In this document: positions 38,759 to 46,891 of the stretch, in pieces | Position numbering within the stretch: the first letter of the stretch is position 1 | Layout of the letters: every line of letters begins with the position of its first letter | Source: Bordetella parapertussis | GTDB taxonomy: Bacteria > Pseudomonadota > Gammaproteobacteria > Burkholderiales > SG8-41 | Reading direction: 5' to 3' | Length of the DNA stretch: 64,000 nucleotides | Assembly (NCBI GenBank): GCA_945864585.1 | Contig: CAMBCF010000005.1 | Location: 4,992-68,991, forward strand | Position numbers and translations under genes: made by a program | The notes under the pieces: model-generated | The model's database searches: none | Told to the model about the DNA's origin: nothing | The model's input: the letters and a program-made list of their open reading frames with translations, nothing else

Positions 38759-39967
38759 CTACGCGGGTAAGCCGAACTCGCGGCGGCAGACCTCGGCAAG
38801 TGCTGCGACGCCCTGATGAATTTCCTCGTGGCTCGGGCTCGCAAAGCACAGCCTTAGCCGGCTGCGGCCATGCGCCTTGTTCACCGACCACTGGGCGCCT
38901 GGATTGATCGCGACGCCCGCCGCGAGCGCCGGCTCGTAGAGCTTCATCGTGTCGACGTGGTCGGGAAGCTTGACCCAGAGGAAAATGCCCCCCTTGGGAT
39001 CGTCGAACTCCACCGCCGTCCCGAAGTGTTCTTTGAGCGATTCCATCAACGTCTCGAGCTTGGCTCGCAGGCCGCGCCGCAACGCCGGAACATGCCGGGT
39101 AAACTGCCGCACGCAGAACTCCGCCAGCACCATCTGCTCCAGCGCGCCGGAACCGCCGTCGGTCTTGAGTGGGAGGATGCGCGACATCACATCCCAGGGC
39201 GCCACGATGTAGCCGACCCGCAGCGCCGGCGCGATCGACTTCGAGAACGAGCCGATATGGATGACATCACCGTGCTCGCTCATGGCGTAGAGCGCGGGTG
39301 GGCGCTCGCCCGACCAGATCAGATCGGCATAACAGTCGTCCTCGAAAATGGGCACGCCATGCGCCGCTGACAGCCGCAGCATCTCCTGGCGCCGTTGCAG
39401 CGGCATGATGGTGCCGGTCGGATTCTGCACAGTCGGAATGGTGTAGATGTACTTCGGCCGGATGCCCTTGCGTTTGAGATCGTCGAGCGCGGCCGACAGC
39501 GCATCGATGCGCATGCCGTCGTGGTCGAGCGGGATGCCGACCGGGGTGACGCCAAGCCGGGTCAACCGGTTGATCGATCCCTGGTAGCAATCCTGTTCGA
39601 TGATCACGGTATCGCCACGTTCGAGCAGCGTGCCGTTGACCAGGTCAATCGCCTGCAACGATCCCGACGTGATCAGAATATCGTCGGCCGTGCAATCGAT
39701 GGCCGCATCGGCCTTGAGCTTGGCGGCGACAAACTCACGCAGCGCGCGGTAGCCCTGCGGGCCGCTGTTCAGCCCATAGGTCGAGAGCGTACGCCCCTCG
39801 CGTTTGAGTACCGCGTCGGCAGCCGCAATCAAATCTTCGAGCGGCAGCCGGTCCGCGTCATTGTTGCCGCCGGTGAAATCAAACTTGACGCGCCCGCTCC
39901 AGCGCGCCGCCGCCGGCGGTAATCCCTTGGCCAAAAACGGTGCGAAATCAAACGTTGCGGTACTCAT
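38759..39967 (-). CDS. PLP-dependent aminotransferase (class I/II fold)
   Basis: 402 aa; ..IGSFSKSIAPALRVGYIV.. Lys motif. Confidence 0.85.
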   Translation of the reverse strand: MSTATFDFAPFLAKGLPPAAARWSGRVKFDFTGGNNDADRLPLEDLIAAADAVLKREGRTLSTYGLNSGPQGYRALREFVAAKLKADAAIDCTADDILITSGSLQAIDLVNGTLLERGDTVIIEQDCYQGSINRLTRLGVTPVGIPLDHDGMRIDALSAALDDLKRKGIRPKYIYTIPTVQNPTGTIMPLQRRQEMLRLSAAHGVPIFEDDCYADLIWSGERPPALYAMSEHGDVIHIGSFSKSIAPALRVGYIVAPWDVMSRILPLKTDGGSGALEQMVLAEFCVRQFTRHVPALRRGLRAKLETLMESLKEHFGTAVEFDDPKGGIFLWVKLPDHVDTMKLYEPALAAGVAINPGAQWSVNKAHGRSRLRLCFASPSHEEIHQGVAALAEVCRREFGLPA

Positions 39968-40023
39968 CGTCTTGGGTCTTCCTCCAGATTAGAAAATTTA
40001 AGCGCTATTTTTGACCAGCGGGG

Positions 40024-40052
40024 ACTGTATCCCTCGCCCGCAGAATGGTCAA
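40024..40052 (-). promoter_or_regulatory. recurring promoter module, copy E (TTGACC-17-TACAGT)
   Basis: Minus strand: gcGGTTGACC at 40052-40047, 17-nt spacer, ggaTACAGT at 40029-40024; 57 nt upstream of the aminotransferase ATG. Confidence 0.5.
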
Positions 40053-40230
40053 CCGCATGAATGTACTTGTCATTGACGAAATCGCTGATACGATAGGCTG
40101 CAGCATTGATGACCGGCAGACTGGATAGAAAAACGAGTCAGCAAGTATCATTCCTTGCGCACCTATCAGCACGCGCTAGTCCGCCAAATCAGTCATCGCA
40201 CTTATATCACCTGAGAAAGGATTACCCATC

Positions 40231-41475
40231 ATGGTTCGCCTGGCAGACCTCTCGCCTTCCGATCAGGAAAACATGCTCAAAAAAGTTCCCACGCTTCCGC
40301 GCTTTGAGCAGCGCCCCTGGGCACGCGGCCCCAAACTCGCGCAGCGCCGCTTGGCGATCGTCAGCACCGCCGGTTTGCACGCGCGCGGTGACCGGCCGTT
40401 CGGTGGCGGCGGCATGGACTACCGGGTGATTGCCGGCGACATCGACGCCGGTGATCTGATCATGAGCCATATGTCGGTAAATTTCGACCGCAGCGGATTT
40501 CAGGAAGACTGGAATGTCGCATTTCCGCTGGATCGCCTGCAAGAACTCGCGCACGAAAAAATGATCGGTTCCGTCGCGGCATTTCACTACTCGTTCATGG
40601 GCGCCGTATCGCCGGTGACGAATTACCAAGCCAAAGCCGCCGAGCTTGCGCAATTGCTGCGCAACGACAAGGTTGACGCAGTATTGTTATCGCCCGTTTG
40701 ACCCAACTACACGTGCGCCGTCGGCGCACTCGGTCACTACCTCGAAGCCGCAGGCATACCCACCACGCAGATCAGTCTGGTACGCGAACACACCGAAGCA
40801 CTCGCGCCGCCGCGCGCGCTGTGGGTGCCCTTCATGCTCGGGCGTCCGTTCGGCGTGCCCAACGACGCTGCGTTTCAACGCAGGGTGCTGCTTGCCGCAC
40901 TGCAATTGTTCGAACGTGAATCGGGCCCCGTGCTTGAGGATTTTGCGCAAGACGCGCCGCATCAACGGTTAAGTTCGCCGCCTGAGAATCTGGTGTGCCC
41001 GGTCAGTTTCCCGCGCCTGCAGGCCGAGGGCGCACTGGCAGAAAAACTGGCCGACGAAGTATCGCAACTGCAAGCGTGGCACGAGGTGGCCGTCAAGCAT
41101 CGCGGCCGCACCACGCTGGGCGTCACTGGCATGCAGCCACTGCAAATCGTGGATTACCTCACGGCGTGGCTCAGCAATCAGCCCCCGCAGCCGTTTCGCA
41201 AGGATATATCACCCGGCGACGCCCTCAAGCAGGCGTGCGATGAACTCAAGGCTTTTTATCTGGAAGCCAAGGCTGTGCAACCGGGGCAGCACTCGGCAGC
41301 CAGTATTCAGCAGTGGTTCTGGATGGAAACCGCACTCGCTCAGGCTATTGTTCAGATACGCGCCATCGCGGCGAGCAGCGCTGAACCTTCCGTGAAAGGG
41401 GTTGCCGTGCAGAGCCTGGTTCCGCGCGCAATGGAAGCCGCTGTGCAGAAAAAGGCTGTTTCACAGAGCAGATGA
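40231..41475 (+). CDS. PrdB/GrdB-family (selenoprotein B-like) protein with in-frame UGA (predicted selenocysteine) at 40699-40701
   Basis: ORFs 40231-40701 and 40825-41475 share one frame; only interruption is TGA 40699; read-through ..DAVLLSPV-U-PNYTCAVGALGHYLEAAGIPTTQISL..; hairpin 11 nt downstream; AAAGGA RBS before ATG 40231. Confidence 0.8.
40713..40729 (+). promoter_or_regulatory. SECIS-like RNA hairpin
   Basis: GTGCGCC-GUC-GGCGCAC, perfect 7-bp stem starting 11 nt after UGA; GU at loop apex 18 nt past the UGA. Confidence 0.65.
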
Positions 41476-41554
41476 CCGTAAAACCCGTGCAAAATTAACC
41501 CGAGTAATCACATCGAAGTATAGAACGCCTGTCTTTCAAATAAAGGAAAACACA

Positions 41555-42115
41555 ATGATAAAACCGCTAGGCAATGACGATTTGTCCGACAAGCCGGGGG
41601 AAAGGATTATTGACAAGCCCGAACTGCCGGCCGCCGGCATCACCAATGAAAATGATCTGTTGACTGAAACCGTGAGCGGCCAGTTGCAGCTCAAGCGCAG
41701 CCAGTCAGGCAAGTTCGAAGTGTGGTGCGATGAGCCTGCGCGCATCGGCGGCACGGATACCTATCCGTCCCCAATGACGTATCTGGCGATGTCGATCGGC
41801 TTCTGACTGCTCACTCAGGTTGCGCGGTACGCGCACATGATGAAATTGAAAGTCAGCGACCCCAAATGCCGCGTAGTGATGCGCAAACACCTGGGTGGTT
41901 CCGTCATCAAAGGCACAGTGTTCAACAAGTGGGAGGGCATCAGTACCTATCTCACGGTCGAAAGCGACGAGGCTGAGGACAAGCTTGCGCATTTGATCAA
42001 AAACGCAAAAGCAGGATGCTTTGCGGAGGGACTGATCACCCAACAAGTTCCACTACACAGCCATGTCGAAGTAAACGGCAAGCCGTTTCAAATCGAAGGT
42101 GTTACGCAGAAATAG
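41555..42115 (+). CDS. OsmC/Ohr-family protein with in-frame UGA (predicted selenocysteine) at 41804-41806
   Basis: ORFs 41402-41806 and 41837-42115 share one frame; ..DEPARIGGTDTYPSPMTYLAMSIGF-U-LLTQVA.. puts UGA at the first conserved Cys column; second Cys kept in KNAKAGCFAEGL; RBS AAAGGAAAA before ATG 41555. Confidence 0.8.
41821..41835 (+). promoter_or_regulatory. SECIS-like RNA hairpin
   Basis: TGCGCG-GUA-CGCGCA, 6-bp stem starting 14 nt after UGA; GU at loop apex 20 nt past the UGA. Confidence 0.6.
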
Positions 42116-42150
42116 CGCTTTGACGTACACACTCACGACATCCTGCCAGG

Positions 42151-42528
42151 CTAATCTGCAAGCTTCTCGTAAGCCGCAACGTCCAGCAGCGCCCCCAACT
42201 CAGCCGGGTCGCTGAGTTTCATACGAAACAGCCACGCACCATATGGGTCTGTATTGACCGCTTCCGGCGCATCAGTGAGCGCTGGATTGATTTCAGTCAC
42301 CAGGCCCGAAGCGGGCGCATGTACGTCGGCCACAGTTTTGACGGACTCAATCACACCGCACGCTTCGCCCTGTCTGACCATGACGCCGGCAGCAGGAGGC
42401 TGCACGTAAACCACATCGCCCAACTGTTCCTGCGCGTGATAGGTAACGCCGACGATACAGCTATCGCCGGACTCCATCTTCAGCCAGGTGTGTGATTCAT
42501 GATACTTAAGATTCCCGGGGTTCAACAT
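42151..42528 (-). CDS. gcvH: glycine-cleavage-type H protein (lipoyl carrier)
   Basis: 125 aa; ..YHESHTWLK...GVIESVKTVADVHAPASG.. lipoyl-Lys motif; no gcvT/gcvP nearby. Confidence 0.85.
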   Translation of the reverse strand: MLNPGNLKYHESHTWLKMESGDSCIVGVTYHAQEQLGDVVYVQPPAAGVMVRQGEACGVIESVKTVADVHAPASGLVTEINPALTDAPEAVNTDPYGAWLFRMKLSDPAELGALLDVAAYEKLAD

Positions 42529-42555
42529 GAATTTTCAGCAAGCGCATTAATTCGC

Positions 42556-43785
42556 TCAGACGATCTTATCCGCTTGCAGTTTACCCACCGCATCAGCGCT
42601 AAGACCGAGCCAGCCGGTGAGCACATCCGCGGTATGCTCGCCGAGACCCGGGGACGCCTTTATCTTCGGCGGCTTGCCGTTGATCCGCACCGGCCAGGAT
42701 GACATTTTGAAGGCGGGGTAATTCTTGCGCTCCATCACCTGCATGATGCCGCGTTGTTCGAAGCTCGCGTCATTCTGTAGCTCCATCGTATCCAGCACCG
42801 CGCCTGCCGGTATGCCCGCGCCGCCAACCAACTTCATCGCCTCATGCTTGGTACGCGCCTTGGTCCAGGCGGTAATGATAGCGTCGAGTTCAGCGTCGTT
42901 CTTCACCCGCAACGCCGGCGTGGCAAAGCGCGGATCGTTGACCAGATCCTCACGTCCGATCACCTTGCACAGCCGCGACCAATGCTCGGGATTCGCGCGG
43001 CTGGTCATAATCCAAACATAGTCGTTAAGCCCCCCCGGCGCGCAGGGAAACAGTCCCGACGGGGCATTGGAGCCGCCGCCCGAGCGTGTGCCATCGCGCT
43101 CGACCGCCTTGCCGGTGCGCGCCTGGGTGGAGAAGTTGGTGCGCATGTAGTGCAGCATCGCGTCCTGCATCGCCACCTGCAATCGGCAACCCTCGCCGGT
43201 TTTCTCACGTTTGCGCAACGCGGCGAGAATAGTAATCGCCATCGTCATGCCCGTCCCGGTGTCACCAAGAGACAGGCCGGGCTTCACCGGCTGCCGCCCG
43301 CGCTCGCCGGTCACACTGATGGTTCCGCCCATCGCCTGGGCGATCATATCGAAGGCGAGGTTGGTCTCGTACGGGCTGCCCTCGCCAAACCCCTTGACTT
43401 GGCAAAAAATAATACCGGGATTGATCTTCTTTACCTCGTCATAGCCGAGGCCAAGACGCTCAATCGTGCCGGGCGCCATGTTCTCCACCGCGATGTCGGC
43501 CTTGCGCAGCAGGTCCTTGACCAGCGCCAACCCCTCCGGCGCTTTCAAATTCAGCGTGATCGATTTCTTGTTGGCGTTGAACTCGTTGAAATAATACGGA
43601 TCGTCGTCGGGCTGGCCTGGCCGCAGCCGCCGTCCCGGATCGCCGGTCCGAGGATTTTCGATTTTTACCACCTCTGCGCCCAACCAGGCGAGGGCTTCGG
43701 TGCAGGACGGCCCAGCCTCGAACTGGGTAAAGTCAACGACCCGGACTCCGGCGAGAAAATCATAATCAGCACTGTTGTTCGACAC
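42556..43785 (-). CDS. family III CoA-transferase (formyl-CoA transferase-like)
   Basis: 409 aa; LAGVRVVDFTQFEAGPSCTEALAWLGAEVVKIENP. Confidence 0.9.
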   Translation of the reverse strand: MSNNSADYDFLAGVRVVDFTQFEAGPSCTEALAWLGAEVVKIENPRTGDPGRRLRPGQPDDDPYYFNEFNANKKSITLNLKAPEGLALVKDLLRKADIAVENMAPGTIERLGLGYDEVKKINPGIIFCQVKGFGEGSPYETNLAFDMIAQAMGGTISVTGERGRQPVKPGLSLGDTGTGMTMAITILAALRKREKTGEGCRLQVAMQDAMLHYMRTNFSTQARTGKAVERDGTRSGGGSNAPSGLFPCAPGGLNDYVWIMTSRANPEHWSRLCKVIGREDLVNDPRFATPALRVKNDAELDAIITAWTKARTKHEAMKLVGGAGIPAGAVLDTMELQNDASFEQRGIMQVMERKNYPAFKMSSWPVRINGKPPKIKASPGLGEHTADVLTGWLGLSADAVGKLQADKIV

Positions 43786-43885
43786 GGTTCTACCTCCCTT
43801 GGTTATGTCATCCTTGTCCTAAGCTTCGCACAAACCATAGATTAATCCAACTGGCTGCCGGGGCAGACTTTGCATGATTTGGGCT

Positions 43886-43937
43886 TAGGGCCTGTTAACA
43901 ATTGATTCGCGAGCGAATTAATTGTTAACAGGCCCTA
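43886..43937. repeat. 52-bp near-perfect palindrome built from two copies of the 24-bp repeat TAGGGCCTGTTAACAATTRATTCG
   Basis: TAGGGCCTGTTAACAATTGATTCGC-ga-GCGAATTAATTGTTAACAGGCCCTA; one mismatch between arms; same repeat bounds the element at 46892-47159. Confidence 0.85.
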
Positions 43938-43951
43938 GCGGCGGTAATGAT

Positions 43952-44863
43952 TTAGTTGAAGTTGAGCTTTAACCCTGGCTCCGGCCACTGCATCACGCCG
44001 AGCCGCCCGGTGCCGGACAGTGTAATGTAAGCCGTGCGCATATCCGCCCCGCCGAAGCAGATATTGGTCGGATGGCCATCGGGCATTTTTACCGCGCGCA
44101 CAACCTCACCTACCGGCGAAAACTCCGTGATGTAGCCGGTAATCAAAGTCGCCACCACGATATTGCCATTCGCCAGAACCTTAAGGCTGTCGAACTTGGC
44201 ATTGCCGCCGAGCCCGGCAATAACGCGTCCGCTGTGCGGTGCATAATCGGGCTTGAGCTTCACCTTGCCGGGGCCTTGCACCTCAAACGCCCACAAGCGC
44301 GCGCCATCGGTCTCAGCGACGTAAAGCGTTTTGCCATCGGGCGACAAGCCGCAACCATTGGGACTCAATACGGGATAGGCCACTTCGATGACCTTCGAGC
44401 CGTCAGGCAGCGCGTAATAGACACCGCCGTAAACCTTGTGACGTGGCATGCGCTTGCCGAGATCAGTAAAGTAGAATCCACCTGCCTTGTCGAACACCAG
44501 ATCGTTCGGCGCCGACAGCAGGTGGCCGTTCACTTCCTTGTACAGCAGTTTTGCGACACCGGTTTTGGGATCGATGCGCTGGACGGAACCGAATTGGTAA
44601 TCCGGGTGCGGGCCCATGCCTAGGGGATGGCCTTCGACATAACGGTTGCCGCCGTTGTTGCACAAATAGAAAAATCCATCCGGCCCCACCGCGAGCCCGT
44701 TGGGCCCGCCACCGCACTCGGAAAACAGGCTGACCTTGCCATCCGGCGCGACGCGCGAACAGCGCCGACTACGCAGCTCCACCAAAACCACGGAGCCATC
44801 GACGCAAACCACTGGCCCTTCCGGAAAACCCAGTCCCGTCGCCAGTATTTTCATGTCGTCCAT
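43952..44863 (-). CDS. SMP-30/gluconolactonase/LRE-family protein
   Basis: 303 aa beta-propeller; ..GLGFPEGPV...PNDLVFDKAGGFYFTD.. Confidence 0.85.
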   Translation of the reverse strand: MDDMKILATGLGFPEGPVVCVDGSVVLVELRSRRCSRVAPDGKVSLFSECGGGPNGLAVGPDGFFYLCNNGGNRYVEGHPLGMGPHPDYQFGSVQRIDPKTGVAKLLYKEVNGHLLSAPNDLVFDKAGGFYFTDLGKRMPRHKVYGGVYYALPDGSKVIEVAYPVLSPNGCGLSPDGKTLYVAETDGARLWAFEVQGPGKVKLKPDYAPHSGRVIAGLGGNAKFDSLKVLANGNIVVATLITGYITEFSPVGEVVRAVKMPDGHPTNICFGGADMRTAYITLSGTGRLGVMQWPEPGLKLNFN

Positions 44864-44973
44864 GATGCGTTACTCCTTGCTTGATTTTTTGCGGGTGACC
44901 ATGGTGCAGATGTAGCGGAAGCGCGATCAAACGTGTGCATGAATTTTTTTTGCGCCACGCGCGGGCTACCGGC

Positions 44974-45002
44974 AATGTATCGCCGGCTCGGCCAGCGGTC
45001 AA
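44974..45002 (-). promoter_or_regulatory. recurring promoter module, copy F (TTGACC-17-TACATT)
   Basis: Minus strand: gcGGTTGACC 45002-44997, 17-nt spacer, TACATT 44979-44974; 111 nt upstream of the SMP-30 ATG. Confidence 0.45.
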
Positions 45003-45041
45003 CCGCGCACAAGTTCAAGCGCGTGCGCCACAGCGCGCAGG

Positions 45042-45605
45042 CTACCTGTGCAAGCGGCTCGTACGCGGTACCCCAATGAGCAAGTATTCCATTTGATCCG
45101 CCAGGATGTTTCGGTTCCGCAGGATAAAGTGCTCGTGCCTGGAGGGCGTGTAAGGCACATAAAGCAGCGGCATGCGCGCCTGCTCTGGCGTGCGATCCGC
45201 CTTTCTCCCGTTACAGGCCCGACACGCTGTGACCACATTCATCCAAACGTGCTTCCCGCCCCTTGAAACCGGTATCACGTGGTCGCATGAGAGTTCGCGG
45301 GTAGCAAAACGATTACCGCAATACGCGCACAGATGACGATCACGCGCGTAGAGCAGGTCATTGCCCAGCACCGGCACGCGCGCGAGCAAGCGTCCGGCAT
45401 GGCCCGCTCCACGCAGCGCCAAAATCGATTGCGTTTCAATACGTGAACGACGTCCATCGCGTTGCGTGCCGCCACGGTATTCGCAGACGCGGTTACCCGC
45501 CGACCAGGCCACAAGCTGCTTGGCGTGATACGTGATCGCCTCTTCGATACCCACCCAGGCCTGTGGCAGACCAGCCTGGTCCAGCATCAGAATCAATGTT
45601 TGCAT
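45042..45605 (-). CDS. HNH endonuclease
   Basis: 187 aa; ..CAYCGNRF...LSCDHVIPVSRGGKHVWMNVVTACRACNGRKADR.. Confidence 0.85.
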   Translation of the reverse strand: MQTLILMLDQAGLPQAWVGIEEAITYHAKQLVAWSAGNRVCEYRGGTQRDGRRSRIETQSILALRGAGHAGRLLARVPVLGNDLLYARDRHLCAYCGNRFATRELSCDHVIPVSRGGKHVWMNVVTACRACNGRKADRTPEQARMPLLYVPYTPSRHEHFILRNRNILADQMEYLLIGVPRTSRLHR

Positions 45606-45752
45606 TATTTTATCTCGTAACTATAACCGGTCGGCCGCTCTCACCGCCGACCAGTTTTGTTGCTATTGCGTAATTTGACATCGTTATGGACAATGTGTTC
45701 TACGACGAATTCTGCCTGCCGTTTCCGGCAAGACTGGATGTGGTTTACAGGT

Positions 45753-45831
45753 TGGTACCGTCGGCAGGACTCGAACCCGCATCCTCCGCGTTCGAAGCGC
45801 GGCACTCTGGTTCCAATTGAGTTACGGCGGT
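45753..45831 (-). tRNA. tRNA-Arg (anticodon UCG), CCA encoded; atypical A1-U72 and C5-A68 mismatch
   Basis: Hand-folded: ACCGCCG TA ACTC..GAGT G CCGCG CTTCGAA CGCGG AGGAT GCGGG TTCGAGT CCTGC CGACGGT A CCA. Confidence 0.7.
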
Positions 45832-45843
45832 GCAAATCTGAAT

Positions 45844-45918
45844 TGGTAGGCCCTGCAGGAATCGAACCTGCCTAATGCGGATTAAAAGTCCGCTGCCTCG
45901 CCAATCGGCCAAGGACCT
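45844..45918 (-). tRNA. tRNA-Lys (anticodon UUU), CCA encoded; A1-U72
   Basis: Hand-folded: AGGTCCT..GCGGA CTTTTAA TCCGC ATTAG GCAGG TTCGATT CCTGC AGGGCCT A CCA. Confidence 0.75.
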
Positions 45919-45928
45919 GAATTGATAG

Positions 45929-46005
45929 TGGGGTGACCGACGCGATTCGAACGCGCACCCGCTTGGTTCACAGCCAAGCACTCTGCCAGTTAAGCTACGA
46001 CCACC
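45929..46005 (-). tRNA. tRNA-His (anticodon GUG) with encoded G-1 opposite C73, CCA encoded
   Basis: Hand-folded: G-GTGGTCG TA GCTT..CTTGG CTGTGAA CCAAG CGGGT GCGCG TTCGAAT CGCGT CGGTCAC C CCA. Confidence 0.8.
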
Positions 46006-46017
46006 ATCGATAAAAAT

Positions 46018-46095
46018 TGGCTCCGGCCAGTGGAATCGAACTACTCTCATTCGCCGTTAACAGCGGCGCGCTTTCACCTTGAAAGCCAGACCGGA
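46018..46095 (-). tRNA. tRNA-Asn (anticodon GUU), CCA encoded
   Basis: Hand-folded: TCCGGTC TG GCTT TCAAGGTGA AAGC G CGCCG CTGTTAA CGGCG..TTCGATT..GGCCGGA G CCA; U1-A72 and G73 as in E. coli tRNA-Asn; starts 8 nt after the rtcB stop. Confidence 0.75.
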
Positions 46096-46103
46096 AACTA
46101 TGC

Positions 46104-46409
46104 CTACCCCTTCACGCACAGCACCTGTTTCAGGGTATGCACGATTTCGACGAGATCCGATTGCGCCGCCATCACGTCATCGATGGACTTGTACGCGCCC
46201 GGAATCTCATCAATCACACCGCTGTCCTTGCGATATTCCACACCAGCGGTTTGCTGTGCCAGGTCCGCTTGCGAGTAGCGGCGCCTGGCTTCACCCCGGC
46301 TCATGCGGCGCCCCGCGCCATGCGAACATGAGGCATACGCGTCAGCGTGCCCCTTGCCCTTCACGATGTAGGACTTCACTCCCATGCTGCCAGGGATGAT
46401 GCCAAGCGC
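46104..46409 (-). pseudogene. rtcB: RNA ligase RtcB, 3'-terminal remnant (about last 100 codons)
   Basis: ..LGIIPGSMGVKSYIVKGKG..SCSHGAGRRMSR..IDEIPGAYKSIDDVMAAQSDLVEIVHTLKQVLCVKG closely resembles the E. coli RtcB C-terminus; upstream the frame dissolves into the Bug fragment in another frame. Confidence 0.8.
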
Positions 46410-46885
46410 ACGATCAGCTCCCTGGCGGATTTGGCGGGAACCGACGGGTGGGCCACCAGCAGCATACAGGTGTGCACGAGAAACGCCACCGGCGCCAGAT
46501 CGACGAGCGGGTCATAGTTGAGTTTCAGCAGATGGGGGTTGATCACGATCTGTCCCAAGGTGGCGAACACCAGGGTATGACCGTCTGGCGGCGATTTGGC
46601 GGTCAGCTCCACCGCGATCGAGCCCGATGCGCCGGAACGATGCTCGATGATCACAGGTTGTTTCCAGGTTTCGTTCAGTTTTTGCGAGACCATGCGCGCA
46701 AACAGATCGGTCGCACCACCCGGCGGCTGTCCTGAGAGAATGCGTACCGGTTTGGACGGATACGCTTGACCCAGTGCTGCGCTACCGTGCGTAAGCAGCG
46801 CGCACATCGCTAGTACGCTCACGATCACACTGATTAATCGCGAGGCAGAATCCAACCCAGCTACATTCTGAGACGAAGTTTTCAT
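46376..46885 (-). pseudogene. Bug/TctC-family receptor, N-terminal half only (3'-truncated at junction with the rtcB remnant)
   Basis: 169 aa: signal peptide, YPSKPVRILSGQPPGGATD..EHRSGASGSIA..AHPSVPAKSARELI then unrelated tail and stop; family continues about 160 aa further in intact paralogs. Confidence 0.7.
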
Positions 46886-46891
46886 CTTGAC

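Noticed and set aside
43886-43937. 52-bp palindrome as an integron attC site
   Set aside because: GTTAACA does not fit the GTTRRRY core. The arms are almost perfectly paired (attC sites carry extrahelical bases). No intI gene or cassette array is present, and the same repeat bounds a 268-bp non-cassette element.
45629-45652. GGTCGGC-N10-GCCGACC hairpin followed by AGTTTTGTTG on the plus strand, shaped like an intrinsic terminator
   Set aside because: No plus-strand gene lies upstream (it would terminate antisense transcription of the HNH gene). On the minus strand, where the tRNA array is transcribed, no U-tract follows it. I left it unannotated.
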